DNA of 41,370 nt. It comes from Halocafeteria seosinensis. Taxonomy: Eukaryota. Positions 30,281 to 41,370 of this stretch are shown here, one piece after another; the stretch's first letter is position 1, and the number at the start of each line of letters is the position of its first letter. The stretch is from positions 1 to 41,370 of the forward strand of contig LVLI01000482.1 in NCBI GenBank assembly GCA_001687465.1, written 5' to 3'. A model generated the notes under the pieces. The model was not told the origin of the DNA and made no database searches. It was given only the letters and a program-made list of their open reading frames with translations. A program made the translations under genes and the position numbers.

Positions 30281-33200
30281 TCATGCTAGAAATCGATCAT
30301 CCACCATTGTGCTATGGGAAACATTGCGGTTTCCTAGTTCCGTCCTAGCGTAATTCAGGATCATCCAGAAAAGGAAAGTTAATAGAGCAGCGACTGCAGG
30401 TTGTGCAGTTAACAGATCAAACAATGAGTACACCAGCATATCCCATAGTAAGAGGTTCCATTCTTGACCACGGAAAATAACAGAATCCACTTTATAGTCT
30501 TCGTCTCCAGACATTATCACGATTGCTTCTGCGCTGCTAGCCGTGGAAGCGGATTGCTCCGCTTCCTCAAAATCCCATGGCATATCAAAGAAGCGCTGCA
30601 GGTAGCTCTTTTCCTTCCATAAACGTCTCACGTTAGGGCCGGCCTCATCCTCATTTATAAAACCTTTAAGGTACTTTGCTATATTTTCAGAGGCGGCAAA
30701 TTCTAATCGAGTTATTGCTTTATCCTTTGAATCTGTGAGTTGGGGTTTCTTGAGCCTCTCGGTACCCCGTGCTCTCAAGTGGGATCCTTGTCCGCCATAA
30801 AGCTTACTTCGTTTCTGTGCCTCAAAGTCCCGCCTCACGCTGTCGATGCGGCGACGAAATAAGGCAGGGAGTACTACTTCAAAACTTTGCTGATTTGGGT
30901 CACCACTATATCCTTTCATTTGACGTCCAATTCTGGTTTCACTCTTTTCATCCTGGAGGTGGTCAGTCAACTGACGCATGTTCAAGTCTGCGTGCTCGTA
31001 TGGAGCATCACAATGTAGATAGTATCCGTGATAGTGATCGTCGAAAATAAATACAGAGATCTGAGTACGAGGAGGGAGAATTGGTAATGCCTTCAGGTCA
31101 GGAATCGCTATGTAGCACGTACCTTCGCTACAGTGCACATATCAATGTAGCGTATTAAGGGGTCCGGCTCCACAAAGCGTTCATATATTCCCCACTTCCA
31201 TAAATACTGCCCTAAGGATAAAATGAACCACCAGAAGATGTTGTGAGCAAATTGAAGAGCAGGATTTATATCTCCTTCCGAAAGATCTGATGCAGACGGA
31301 CGAGGAGTGGCTACGTATTTGTATTTCGCTCCTTCCATTATAACCAGTAACAGAATGAGATTCACAGGGATGTTGATTCGGCGCATTGTCTGAAGTTCAC
31401 TCCATTCATTTACCATAAAGAGCTTTCTCCAAGCCGAGACAGGGGCATACTTTAGCCTACCCCTCATTGCCGCTCCCTGGTCGATTGCGTCCATATTTGT
31501 TTCCATAAGAGGGCCACGCTTAGTCTCCCAGTCAAGGAAGTAGATATCCAAGTGCGTTTGTCTCCATAGAATCTCCAATATTGAAATCAGCTGGCCGATG
31601 AATACAAGAGCGAAGATGGCAGTAAATGCATTGTAAATTGAATGCTCATAGTCCGGTAGATCAGGTGGCAATAGCTGGAATACCGAATCTTGCAACTTGA
31701 AAAAGAGGAGCCAATAAACCGAAAAGATCCAGATTAGCCAAAAGCCCAGTTGGGCAAAAACTGAAAGCAGAAAAACCATTCCGATGGCAAGTTGCTTAAA
31801 TCCAGTGATAGTCTCGGCGTCTCTCCTGCGTTGTCAAGTTGCCTCATAGCTCTAACCTGTTCATGGTGGAAGCAAAACGGTATCCACTTACCTTATGTTT
31901 TTTCGCCTGAATATTACCACGCGAAGTCCTGTCAAAATTGCCACGCCCAACATTCCAATGGCAAAAAATGAAATGGCTACATCTCCGAAGGTACCTAGAT
32001 CCGATGCGTAAACTGAAGATATTTCAAGAGTATCGCTCTTGTATTCTTCATCAGTGCTGAATCGCCGCGGATCTCTAGAACGGTATTCAATTGATATCAG
32101 CGGAGGCCGGATCCGGTCCTTCGAACTTTGTGTTTCTACCTCTATTCGGATGTTCCGTGCATACGTAATCACTCGGGGGGTATCATCACCATCGGAGAAC
32201 CCGCTTGCAGCATCGAAAAGAAAGAACCTGCGCACAAGGAATGAATCTGATGGACGAAGTCCTCCACTCGGATTAACTTCTTGCCCGTCACGGCGAACAC
32301 CAGTGATCCGGACGGGGACGGGAAATAGTCTGAGGGGAAAAGAAGAGAAATCATCGGCTATCTCTTCGCTAGCACCAGCTCTGTCGACAATAAACACTTC
32401 ATACAATGTAGCAGTAGGTTCGCCATTGATGTCAAAGCTTGATTCAACCAAAGACTCCAGGTCACATGATGTGGTTGAACGCGTTGTAAAGCCAAACATT
32501 TGCCAGTCAGGGTGCTTGGAGCCAGCAGAAGTCCCCGAGCAGTACGATAGTTGATGCCTTAACGGCTTCATATCTAACAGAGTTCCATTAAGGGCATACG
32601 AAGCAAGAACGAGTTCTAGATGGTCTACCGTGCCTTGTTCACTAGCAGCGTCAAAGGACATTTGAGTTTGTAAAGCATCTGTTTCCAGTACAGCAGAAGC
32701 CGCTTCCCTATATCGAAGAAAGGGTAGTGTTTGTGGCCATCCAGCCCAGTTATTAACACCAAACCCTCTAGCAGCCGCGATTTCCTCATACAATCTACAA
32801 GGTGTAGCATCACTGTTGTATAAATGCAAAACACACAAAGATGCAATTACAGAACAAGCACCGTTCTCGCGCTCATTTCTGTAGGCCCAGCAGTCAGGAG
32901 CTGCTCGCTCAAACCAGTGCTGCAATGTCAAAGAACTATCCAAGGTAAACCTTTCTTCTTCATCACCACTGGAAGGCTGAAAAGCGGGATACGTCACCGA
33001 ATTCGCCGTGGATGGCGAGAAATCGTCAAACACGGCGTCAGCGGCAGCCTCCGGAACACACTGCTGCGAACCAACTGAGGAAATACCAACTTTTCGAAAA
33101 CCCGAGACACACTCGCATTGTCCACTGTTAGTTACAGTCATGTTCAAGTCAGGGCACTTCGCGCATACAAATGGATCCCCCGGGAAGTCCCCTGTAGCGG

Positions 33201-33870
33201 TTTGGAATGCTCGCTGACCAGGAGGGCATTCCAGACACGTCTTTTCCGCGAGCTGCTTCCCTGCAGCATCGGTCTCAACCAACACATGCGAAGGGTCGTT
33301 ACATTCACACACATCCCCCGACTTCATAGCTGAGATATCATCACAGGGCATACATGTGGACCGATCCCGTGACGGTACCTCATCTGCACTGCACGCCTGA
33401 CAGCTCGGCGCTCCACAAGTTTCGGCATTGGTAAAGTCATCGCAAGTAAGCAGGGACTGAGTCGACCTGGGCTCAACAGTTCCCGCTTCACATTGACATT
33501 GAGACGGTTGAAACACAGCTGACTGAGGAGTGTCCAAACCCAAGGTATATTGAATTGGAGTTACTCTCTGTTTGAATATATTGCTTCTCGAGAAGTCCCA
33601 GTTGATAATTCGAGCTGCTTCTTCCGGAGGCAGCACTACTTTGCCCGCTGGACACACTTTGCATTGCAAAGATGAAGCACTAAAGATCTCATTGTCCTCA
33701 ATGGAGCACTGTCGGACCGTAATGGAGGAAGATTGGCCATTAACGGCCTCGAGTAAGGTCAGCATCACAACCATACATTGCACCAAGGTTTTCACCACTA
33801 GCCTCTCGTTCGGATCTCTGTGACTCGCACCATAGCATCGAGTGGTACAACTATGGACTGTGGCTCCCAT
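30281..33870 (-). CDS. TMEM67: Meckelin (TMEM67/MKS3), ciliary transition-zone protein; 3 exons
   Basis: The protein has a signal peptide, a Cys-rich ectodomain, LVRRFFLFDA, WLLFFKLQ, DIYFLDWE, VSAWRKLFMVNEWSELQT, HGYYLH...HADLNM and a C-terminal LGNRNVSHSTMVDDRFL. Two in-phase introns lie near 31891-31826 and 31122-31062. Confidence 0.95.
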
Positions 33871-34216
33871 CTTGTGTGATTATGCTCCTGTATTGGCCTT
33901 ATATGAGGCCCACAAATTCGGCCAGAATTCAAATCTATTAACAGAGTCTCGCCCTCTTTGCTCCTCTGTAGAGACCCCACAGCGGAATATATGCATTCAG
34001 TCATGTAAAATTAAGAAATATTCCTCAATCATGAACAATACGAGGTTGTGTATACGGTCAATTAAAGCCTGGAGCACGTGTAAATGCCGAAATGATGAAC
34101 CCAACAATCAAATCTTCGTCTCAAACGAGGTCCAACTTCAAGTTGGCAACTTGTCGTCGAGTTGTCGATAAGATTTGTGCATACATGGCTTGTCGAGGTT
34201 TGACAACTGCCCCAAT

Positions 34217-35733
34217 ATGGATAGATACGTGTCTACGGAAACTATCATCCGAGTGGGCCTCGCAGCGGCTGCTTCGGCAGTCTCTGTCGTGCTCACAAAG
34301 TGGTGGACGAGGTATCCTCGGGACGAACTTCAACCCGAGAAAGCTGAGAATCGTGCAGAATGGAAGATAGTGTCCCACAAGCTTCTTCGGGACTTTTGTC
34401 GGCGAGTTTTCGAGTACTATGGAATCAATGTGAGTGTTCAGTGATTTCCGCAGAATGCCGGTGGTTTTGATGGAAACAGCAAGTATGAATTGTGGGTTTG
34501 CAGGAAGATGATGCTGAATTGGCTTCGGATGTGTTAATTACGGCTGATCTCCGTGGAATCGAATCCCATGGAATTGCACGATTGCAGGCCTATACCGAGC
34601 TTCTCGAGGCCAAACGCATAAATGTCAACCCTCAAATTTCGATCGTCACGGATCAGCCAGGTTTCGCGATAGGTAAGCAAGCGTCGAGAATATAAAGAAT
34701 GTCTCGATGCGCCAAGACTGGTGCTCCTCTGTGTTGTGCAGTCGACGGCGACAATGGCCTTGGTTTAGTAGTAGCTCCAAAAGCAAATGACATGGCTATC
34801 GAAAGGGCAAAAAAGTATGGATGCGGAGCAGTGGGCATTCGTAACACGAACCATTTTGGAATTGCAGCATATTATACACTCAAGGCAGCAACGCATGGCT
34901 GTATAGGTATAGCTATGTCAAATAGCACTCCCTTGGTTGCTGCACATGGAGGAAAGGGAAGAATGCTGGGTACTAATCCCCTTGCCGCTACGTTCCCGAC
35001 ACCGCGGAGAGAGGATCAAGTAACTGTTGATATGGCCTCCTCGGCAGTCGCATATGGAAAAGTGGAAATACGAAATCGCTCGAAACAAGCGTTACCATGG
35101 GGATGGGCAATAGATAAAAGTACGTATGGAACTGCGCAGAAATTACACACCCTCATACATTTTCCCTCTGCTGCCCCGGTCCAGATGGGCGCGATACGTC
35201 AACCCCTCAAGGGATGATGGATAGAGGAGCGCTACTACCGCTCGGGAGTGATAGTAAGCGAAGTGGACACAAGGGTTATTGTCTGGCTTCAATGATTGAC
35301 ATTTTTACCGGGGTACTTACGGGAGCAAACTATGGACCATACACACCGCCCTTCACGCTGAACGATTCGATTGCCAAGTCAACTACAGGAACTGAACGCG
35401 TAAGCTGTCATAGTTCTTTGAGCGGTCTCTCCGTGAAGCAATTCTCAAGTTAGCAATGCCTAATTGCCCACGCAGGTCGGAGAAGGAATTGGGCACTTCT
35501 TTACCGTATATAATGTTGCCAATGGCGATTCGTTTTCAAAGAGGCTTACCCACTGGTCTAGTACAATGAAGAATTCACCCTCTCGTCCTGGATTCGATAG
35601 GGTCCGCGTTCCTGGTGAGCCCGAAGAGGAAGCGTACGCCAGGAGGGTTCGTGGCGGTATTGCTATCCACCCCACTGTTTACAACGACCTTCAAGCGATC
35701 TCCGAGAAGACAGGTGTATCCCTGCTTATGTAA
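34217..35733 (+). CDS. Ldh_2-family (type 2 malate/L-lactate dehydrogenase-like) NAD(P)H oxidoreductase with N-terminal hydrophobic segment; 5 exons
   Basis: ADLRGIESHGIARL, VDGDNGLG, RNTNHFGIAAYY, LGTNPLA, DMASSAVAYGK, LLPLG...GHKGYCL and VRVPGEPE span exons separated by GT-AG introns. ATG is at 34217. Confidence 0.92.
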
Positions 35734-36244
35734 CGATTCATCCTGTTGTTGACTGCCAACAGTTTAGCGAGGAAGCCATATAGCACTCACAAAAGAATTT
35801 TCTACCAGTGCCTGAAGAAGTTGCAAACCCTTCGCTACCAATACTGCTATTGTCTAAACAAGGTATAAGTGCAGATGCCCAAAATAAAATGCAACTTGAC
35901 ATGATTATCCAGTTGTGGTAAGCGTGTATCATATATATCTATGGATTACGAAGCTTCGACGAAGCAATGTGGGCACCGAGGACGTTTTCAATGACTTCAA
36001 CGTGTCAATCATTTCGCTCACTCGGGTAAATCTCTTGCAGGCGGCCTTTTGTAAGCTTAATGGTAGGATAACGTTGATTTTGTACAGTATGCGTACCGCT
36101 AATGTGTGCTCCTTCCATTTCTGGATGCACGCTCTAGAATTGGGTGTTGTTTGAAGTGGGAAAAGCTTGCATAAACCTTGGAAACTTTTGAGGAGTGTGG
36201 TGGAACGTGGAAAGGTTTCGAACATTTGAAGCATTTTCATCGCA

Positions 36245-37873
36245 ATGCAAGGCCATCCACCTCCCCCACCACCGCCCACGTCTGCAAATACGGGTGCAGA
36301 TACGGGTGAAGTGGATGCCAGCTTACCACGAGTGGAAGATATACTCACAATTGACCCCACGGACAGGTTGCTATTCGGTACGACCTGCGACAAAATCGTG
36401 CTACTCTGCGCTTCTTGGTGCATTTTCATAACGTATACCCTCAACTTTGCAGAGAGTAGGTTGCCAGATGACGACGGAACACAGTGGGAAGCTACCTTGA
36501 TGCTGAGGAACACATCTGGCTTTCATATAGCGTTCAAAGTCAAGACAACGGCCCCGGCCAAATACATTGTGCGCCCCAATAAGGGTATCATTGACCCAGA
36601 AACAACCGCTCACGTTCGCTGTAAGTGCAAAGAAAATTTAAAATGTCTGAAAAGCGCAAACAAATCGTGTGCGGAAATGGTATGTCGCTCCTTCAGTTGT
36701 GTTCCAAGCTGATTCGAGTGAGATGCCCTACGTAAGTCAAAGTGAAGCCGGTGTTTTGTAAAGTTATTCCACCTTGGGTTTCATTTTTGCTTTGCCCACC
36801 GAGGTGGGTACAGAATGCTGAAAAGAACGATAGATTTATGTTTGAATGCGCGGTTCTCAAACAAGAAACTGTCGACGTGAGTGGTGGCACGGTGGAAACT
36901 CTTGGTGAGGCAGATGTGGTTGTCATCATCGTAATTTTCCGTTGCAGCAACTTGACTCACATGGAGACAGGGCTGGAGATACATTAAATATGATTTTGAA
37001 GAAGATTCCCAAGTCACAGATGATGAAGAAGAAATATGATAGCCGCTTTGAATGTAAGTCCGATCAGTCGAGCCTCGTATCTCTTGAGTACCTTAACCTG
37101 GGACCGGTTTCTGCATGGATTGCAGTACCAGCGCATCAGGAAACAGCTACCACCGAGAATAGTGAAAGAGTTAACCTCGAGGAAGAGCGTACAACGAGCG
37201 AACCGGAACCGTCTCATTCAAATCCTCCTCAACATGTTGAGTATGGAGCTGCCTCGTACAATGTGAATGAAGGTACTCAGCAAGGGGATTTCCACTCAAG
37301 ACACTCGGACCGGGAATGGGCTGGTTATGAAGGAGAGCCGCAACCCATCTATGGGTACGCTGATTATCCGCAATCTGGACAAGAAGAGCCGAAGCAGGCC
37401 ACTGACCAAACCGTAGAAGATGTATGTACATTTGGACACTACGTTCCCACTGCCTTGTCTCAGTCGCTATGTCTATGCTGTTAATCATTTCATCGCAGTT
37501 GCAAGAGCAGCTCCGTCAAATACGCCTTGCTAAGGTGGAATCAGAGCACCAATGCCAGACTTTGGAGCACCAGAAGGAGGATCTTTATCATCAGTGGGAA
37601 TCAATAAGGAAGGAGAAGGAGGATCTCCAACGGCAAGTAACCGAAACGGGGACTAAACTAGACCAGGAAGAGAGACGCAGAAGGAAGCTCCATGAAAAAT
37701 ATGATAAACTAAAGGAAGAACTGCATGGCCTGAGGGATGCGAAGGAAGAATTGGATGTGCTGAAAGAAGCACAGGCAGAACAGGAAAGCGGATACCAATT
37801 TAGTCTGTTTCAGGTTGTTCTTATGGCGATAGTTGCGTTCATGGCCGGTAGGCTTCTTTCAATCTTATTGTAG
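36245..37873 (+). CDS. VAP: VAMP-associated protein (VAP/Scs2-like): MSP domain, coiled coil, C-terminal TM; multi-exon
   Basis: The MSP signature IAFKVKTTAPAKYIVRPNKGII and KNDRFMFEC are present, followed by a long coiled coil and the tail anchor FSLFQVVLMAIVAFMAGRLL. Internal exon boundaries are approximate. Confidence 0.88.
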
Positions 37874-38068
37874 GAGATGTGCTGGTATAGTAAAGCACAG
37901 GAAAATCGTATGCTCTAGCAAAAACTGGAAAAGCTCGGATGCTGAATTACAACATGTTCATATTTTAATGGCGTCTTATTTCATTACCCATAACCCCAGT
38001 GTCTGGTTGCAACAGAGATTGTAGTCTTCGTCAACTAGCTCGCGCAGAAACCGATGAATTGTGGACTC

Positions 38069-40050
38069 TTAACTACATGAAGCTGTACTTTCTCTCACCT
38101 TTAGCTTTTCCAGTATTGCTTCGCCTTGGTCAAAGTCCATCTCTGCCTGACGAGCGAGTGTTTTTGCATCACGTTGCTCCCGTTCGAGTCGCGCTTTGGC
38201 AGTGGCATCTTCGCTGCATTCTCTTTGTCTTGAGCAACGATCAACGGTTTTCTGATGCCTGGCTATCTCACTCTTCAAGCCTCTCAGTTCAGCCTCCAAA
38301 TCTTCCTTAACTTCAGGAAACTGCTTGCCGAGAAACTGTTCACGCTGTCGGTCAGAGGTAGGTTCGGCAGGGTAAGTTGGTCGTTTATCTAGGAATGAGT
38401 CCATTCCTTTTGCGACGTCCTCGTATGGAATGGAAGCGGTAATATCTCCATTCTGGACCCGCTGCCGTCTAGCTCGGAGCACCTTGTGCTCGTATGCGAT
38501 GTTGGCATCCTCGGCGCTGGCCCATTGTGGTCGTTGCCCGAGGGTTTCAAAAGCTGCAACAACGGCTTGGATCGCATTTTTACTTACAACGAAGCCGTGA
38601 GAATCAGCTCGTGCAAGGAAAAAGTCTTTACACTGTTGGGCACTCCATTCAGGAAAGCAAATGGTTTCAGGCACTGGCTGAGGAAGATGTTTTCTGAGTT
38701 CGTCCATGTTTATTCCGTCCCCACTAAAGACAATCATGAATGAAGATTTCGTGTGCCCTAAATTTAGCAATGTTTCCAGAACAACAAATTAGACGCTTCC
38801 TTGATGTAGATCATACCATTCCCTGCCTCTTCGAGTTTCTCTTGAACGAGGAACTGTGACTCTCCCATTTGGGTTCCACAAAGTTCTGTCGCAGACACAC
38901 AAAGTACTTCTTCTGCTTCCAGTAGACCCTTGGTTTTCACCTCGAATGCTACACATCTTGCAACGGTGCACTTTCCTGTCCCTGCCGGTCCCTTGGGCAC
39001 TAGTATTGGTACATGTTCTAGATCTCCAAACTCGGTGTCACCGATGCTTGCTACCGTATCCTGCAGCAACTTAACTTCCCTAAGAGCGACTTCAGTTGGC
39101 TGAACGAGTCTTCGGATTCTGTTTCGGCAGGAGTTGATGGCATAATGTCTTCTTTTGCGACTTCGTTCTCCACGGCAGCATTGATACCTTTGGAAATTCT
39201 GTAGTTCATCCGCACTATAGCCGAGCTAATGAGGGTCTTCACTTCCCAAAGTTACCAAACGCTTTTTGCTCAGCCAGTTTATCCACTGCTGTAACAAACA
39301 CATCTGGAGAATCTTTATTTCTTTGTCGTCGCAGATGTCTATCAACAGGTCACCCAAATTAGTGTTACTGAAGTCTTCAAATACTAATGATTGCTCAACA
39401 CTGAAAAGTCGGGCAAGGCCGGAATCATGTTCGCGCAATAACGTCTTCATGTCTTCTACGGTATTTCTCCACACAAGAGCACAGCGACATCTTCTCCAGG
39501 ACTTCCGCTTACTTCTTTTACAATGGTGTTGGTAACGTCCGCTCCGAATCGACTGCCGTTCAGAGCTTGTGCATCTTCGATGACCATTACCTTACCTTCT
39601 TTGCACGTGCCAACGATGGAACGTACTTTTTTCCTTGTTTCCTCAGAAGTCTCTCCTAAGAGCTCTGGTACTGTTTTGCATCCAACTACTCCTTTACTCA
39701 GTATGCCCAAAGATTTCAGAATTCGGCTGGATATCCATGCAACGGATAACTTTCCTTATCCAAGGTCGGCCTTCAAGTTCTCTTTGATAGTTGCTCGAAA
39801 TGACGTCTACTACACTTGTAGAGTCTTCCACTTTATTCAAACCGACAAGGGCGTCCAGCTTCGTCAGAGCAGAGTCAAGTTCTGGCAGAGTTTGACGGGA
39901 AGGCAACGGCCCTAGAACATCTTCCAACACAAGGATAGTATTGCTCGAATTAAAGTCTCGCCTCACTAACGCTCGCTCGTAAGCGTTATTCAATGTATTG
40001 CGCACTTCTCGCGCGTTTCCAAATCCCTTGTCTCCTTGCCTGCGTGCAAT
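38069..40050 (-). pseudogene. Frameshifted, 5'-truncated CbbX/SpoVK-like multi-module AAA+ ATPase
   Basis: Fragments include GFGNAREVRN, LDALVGLNKVE, a broken Walker A near 39750-39770, GILSKGVVGC, GLARLF...FEDFS and KGPAGTGKCTVAR. They fall in at least six short overlapping ORFs that switch frame without intron-sized gaps. Confidence 0.78.
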
Positions 40051-40190
40051 ATCCTCCCAATCCTATTAAGCAATGAACTGCTAGCTAGCCATGCAGAGGT
40101 CCCATGGGATGTGACGGAAACGGATACTGAAGTTCGGGTCTGCGTCAATGCTTTGAAGTCACTCGTTTATGCTGCCTCTCTCCTAGTGGA

Positions 40191-40297
40191 ACACACACAC
40201 AAATGTGACAGCGGCCCTGTAGCTGCCAGACACAGGCGCCAGCTGCTACCTAAGTGTAGCGGCTAACATCCAGCTGCCGGTGGGCCATCAGTCACAT
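40191..40297 (+). repeat. Dispersed structured cassette, copy 2 (diverged), preceded by an inverted copy of its own terminus
   Basis: 40208-40297 aligns with 1548-1639. 40191-40211 (ACACACACACAAATGTGACAG) is the reverse complement of the terminus CTGTCACATTTGTGTGTGTGT. Confidence 0.75.
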
Positions 40298-40754
40298 CTT
40301 CGTCGTCGACTTTTGCTACATGGCCAGTGCACACACACAAATGTGGCCAGTGTGTGTGTACGGCAGAAGCAAAATATAGACGTAGAATTTTTATCCACTT
40401 TTCCTATGATTTTGGCCGTGCTATGTATTTGCTATAGGAAACATTGCTGCCAATGTGGTACACGCTTCAAATCAAAAAACAATTAAACAATGTAACCCGC
40501 TGTTATAGGCGGGTAATGTTCTTGTAAATTTTTTGTGAAACTTCATCTCAACTATTCCAGCAAAGAGAACTATTCCAACTTCCGTTAATAAGATATGCCT
40601 TTAACAAGCTCAAAATGTAACAATTCTTCGCAACTGTCTTTCTGTATAGTAGCAGCGCACTTTCCAAGGATTCAGCTTAGAAACTACGGATAATGAGTTC
40701 AGAATCAGCAATACCCGCAATACCCACCTAATTATACAGGAAATCTGTGAACAC

Positions 40755-40773
40755 CCGGTGGGCTATTTGTCAC

Positions 40774-40805
<32 letters not shown>
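40755..40805 (+). repeat. Cassette terminus, copy 3 (5'-truncated), followed by (TG)14
   Basis: CCGGTGGGCTATTTGTCACATA-(TG)n differs by 2 nt from 1619-1651. Confidence 0.9.
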
Positions 40806-40807
<2 letters not shown>

Positions 40808-40942
40808 ACCAGCCACCTGGGCCACGTCGAATCTTCTGTTGGACAACAATCGACATCTGTATTGGGGAGACTTCAGCCGCCGCTGATTTACTTACGGTTT
40901 CCATACATCCACTCTGGTCAGAAGCGCAAGAGATATAATTAT

Positions 40943-41172
40943 ATAGGAAAAATGGTGAATTTTTGATATAATGACTTTTCGCAAAGCTCAAAGCCAAAAC
41001 ATCAAAAACGCTGACGGTATTCACCATTTTTCCTATCTCCATATAAAGTGTAATTTTCAAAAGTGTAATTTTCAAAAGTGAAATTTTCAAAGTGAAATTT
41101 TAAAATTATAAAGTTAAATTTTAAGATTTTGATTTTTATAAATTTTGAAGTGTAAAAAATTCACCATTTTTC
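40943..41172. repeat. AT-rich foldback region with 18-bp inverted repeats and 15-bp tandem units
   Basis: 40943-40960 is perfectly inverted at 41019-41036, and 40947-40964 at 41155-41172. AAAGTGTAATTTTCA-like units repeat about 4 times at 41045-41103. Confidence 0.85.
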
Positions 41173-41370
41173 AAAAGTGGACAAAATCTTATATAAAATC
41201 TGTGCCGTGGGTGGAGCGTACAGTACACCGAGCCCGTTCGGATTCTTATGAGTCTCTTTCCGACTACTGTACAGCAGATGACTACAGTATCACCGCGTGT
41301 GTACCCTAGGATGCAGAAATACAAGGGCCGATTCTACAAATGTGCCCTTATTGTATTGACTCTCTTATGC

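Noticed and set aside
35929..36240. Possible small minus-strand gene between Ldh_2 and VAP
   Set aside because: The frame is open and has splice-like sites, but no motif is present and the ORF's 5' part is antisense to VAP. It cannot be supported.
40806..40932. Possible further RT fragment (METVSKSAAAEVSPIQ on the minus strand)
   Set aside because: Only faint resemblance to the pre-QxG region of CRE RTs, too short to call.

Overview
Eukaryotic nuclear DNA from a gene-dense protist genome, with short GT-AG introns (mostly about 55-80 nt) and small intergenic gaps. The gene set suggests a flagellated, probably stramenopile-like organism; that placement is inference. The core (about 2.6-37.9 kb) holds, in order: an SOS1-like Na+/H+ antiporter with a cNMP-binding-like domain, a Dzip-like small protein, a UMP-CMP kinase with an NTF2-like tail, an intron-containing tRNA-Ile(UAU), a 1392-aa orphan membrane protein, an LPCAT/LPEAT acyltransferase, a CDPK, a BACK-like/GT32 glycosyltransferase fusion, a small acylated Cys/His protein, a PNUTS-like TFIIS-N protein, an LRR pseudogene, a LOG enzyme, meckelin/TMEM67, an Ldh_2 oxidoreductase and a VAP. 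Both ends are repeat debris. The left end has scrambled pieces of an RLE-type (CRE-like) non-LTR retrotransposon plus an archaeal-type RNase H fragment. The right end has a frameshifted multi-AAA pseudogene and an AT-rich foldback. The most notable unexplained signal is a non-coding cassette of about 100 nt at both ends. Two diverged copies share an H-type pseudoknot and a hairpin with compensatory changes, and the cassette ends in a conserved terminus that runs into (TG)n. It may be the 3' recognition module of a microsatellite-associated retroelement or SINE.
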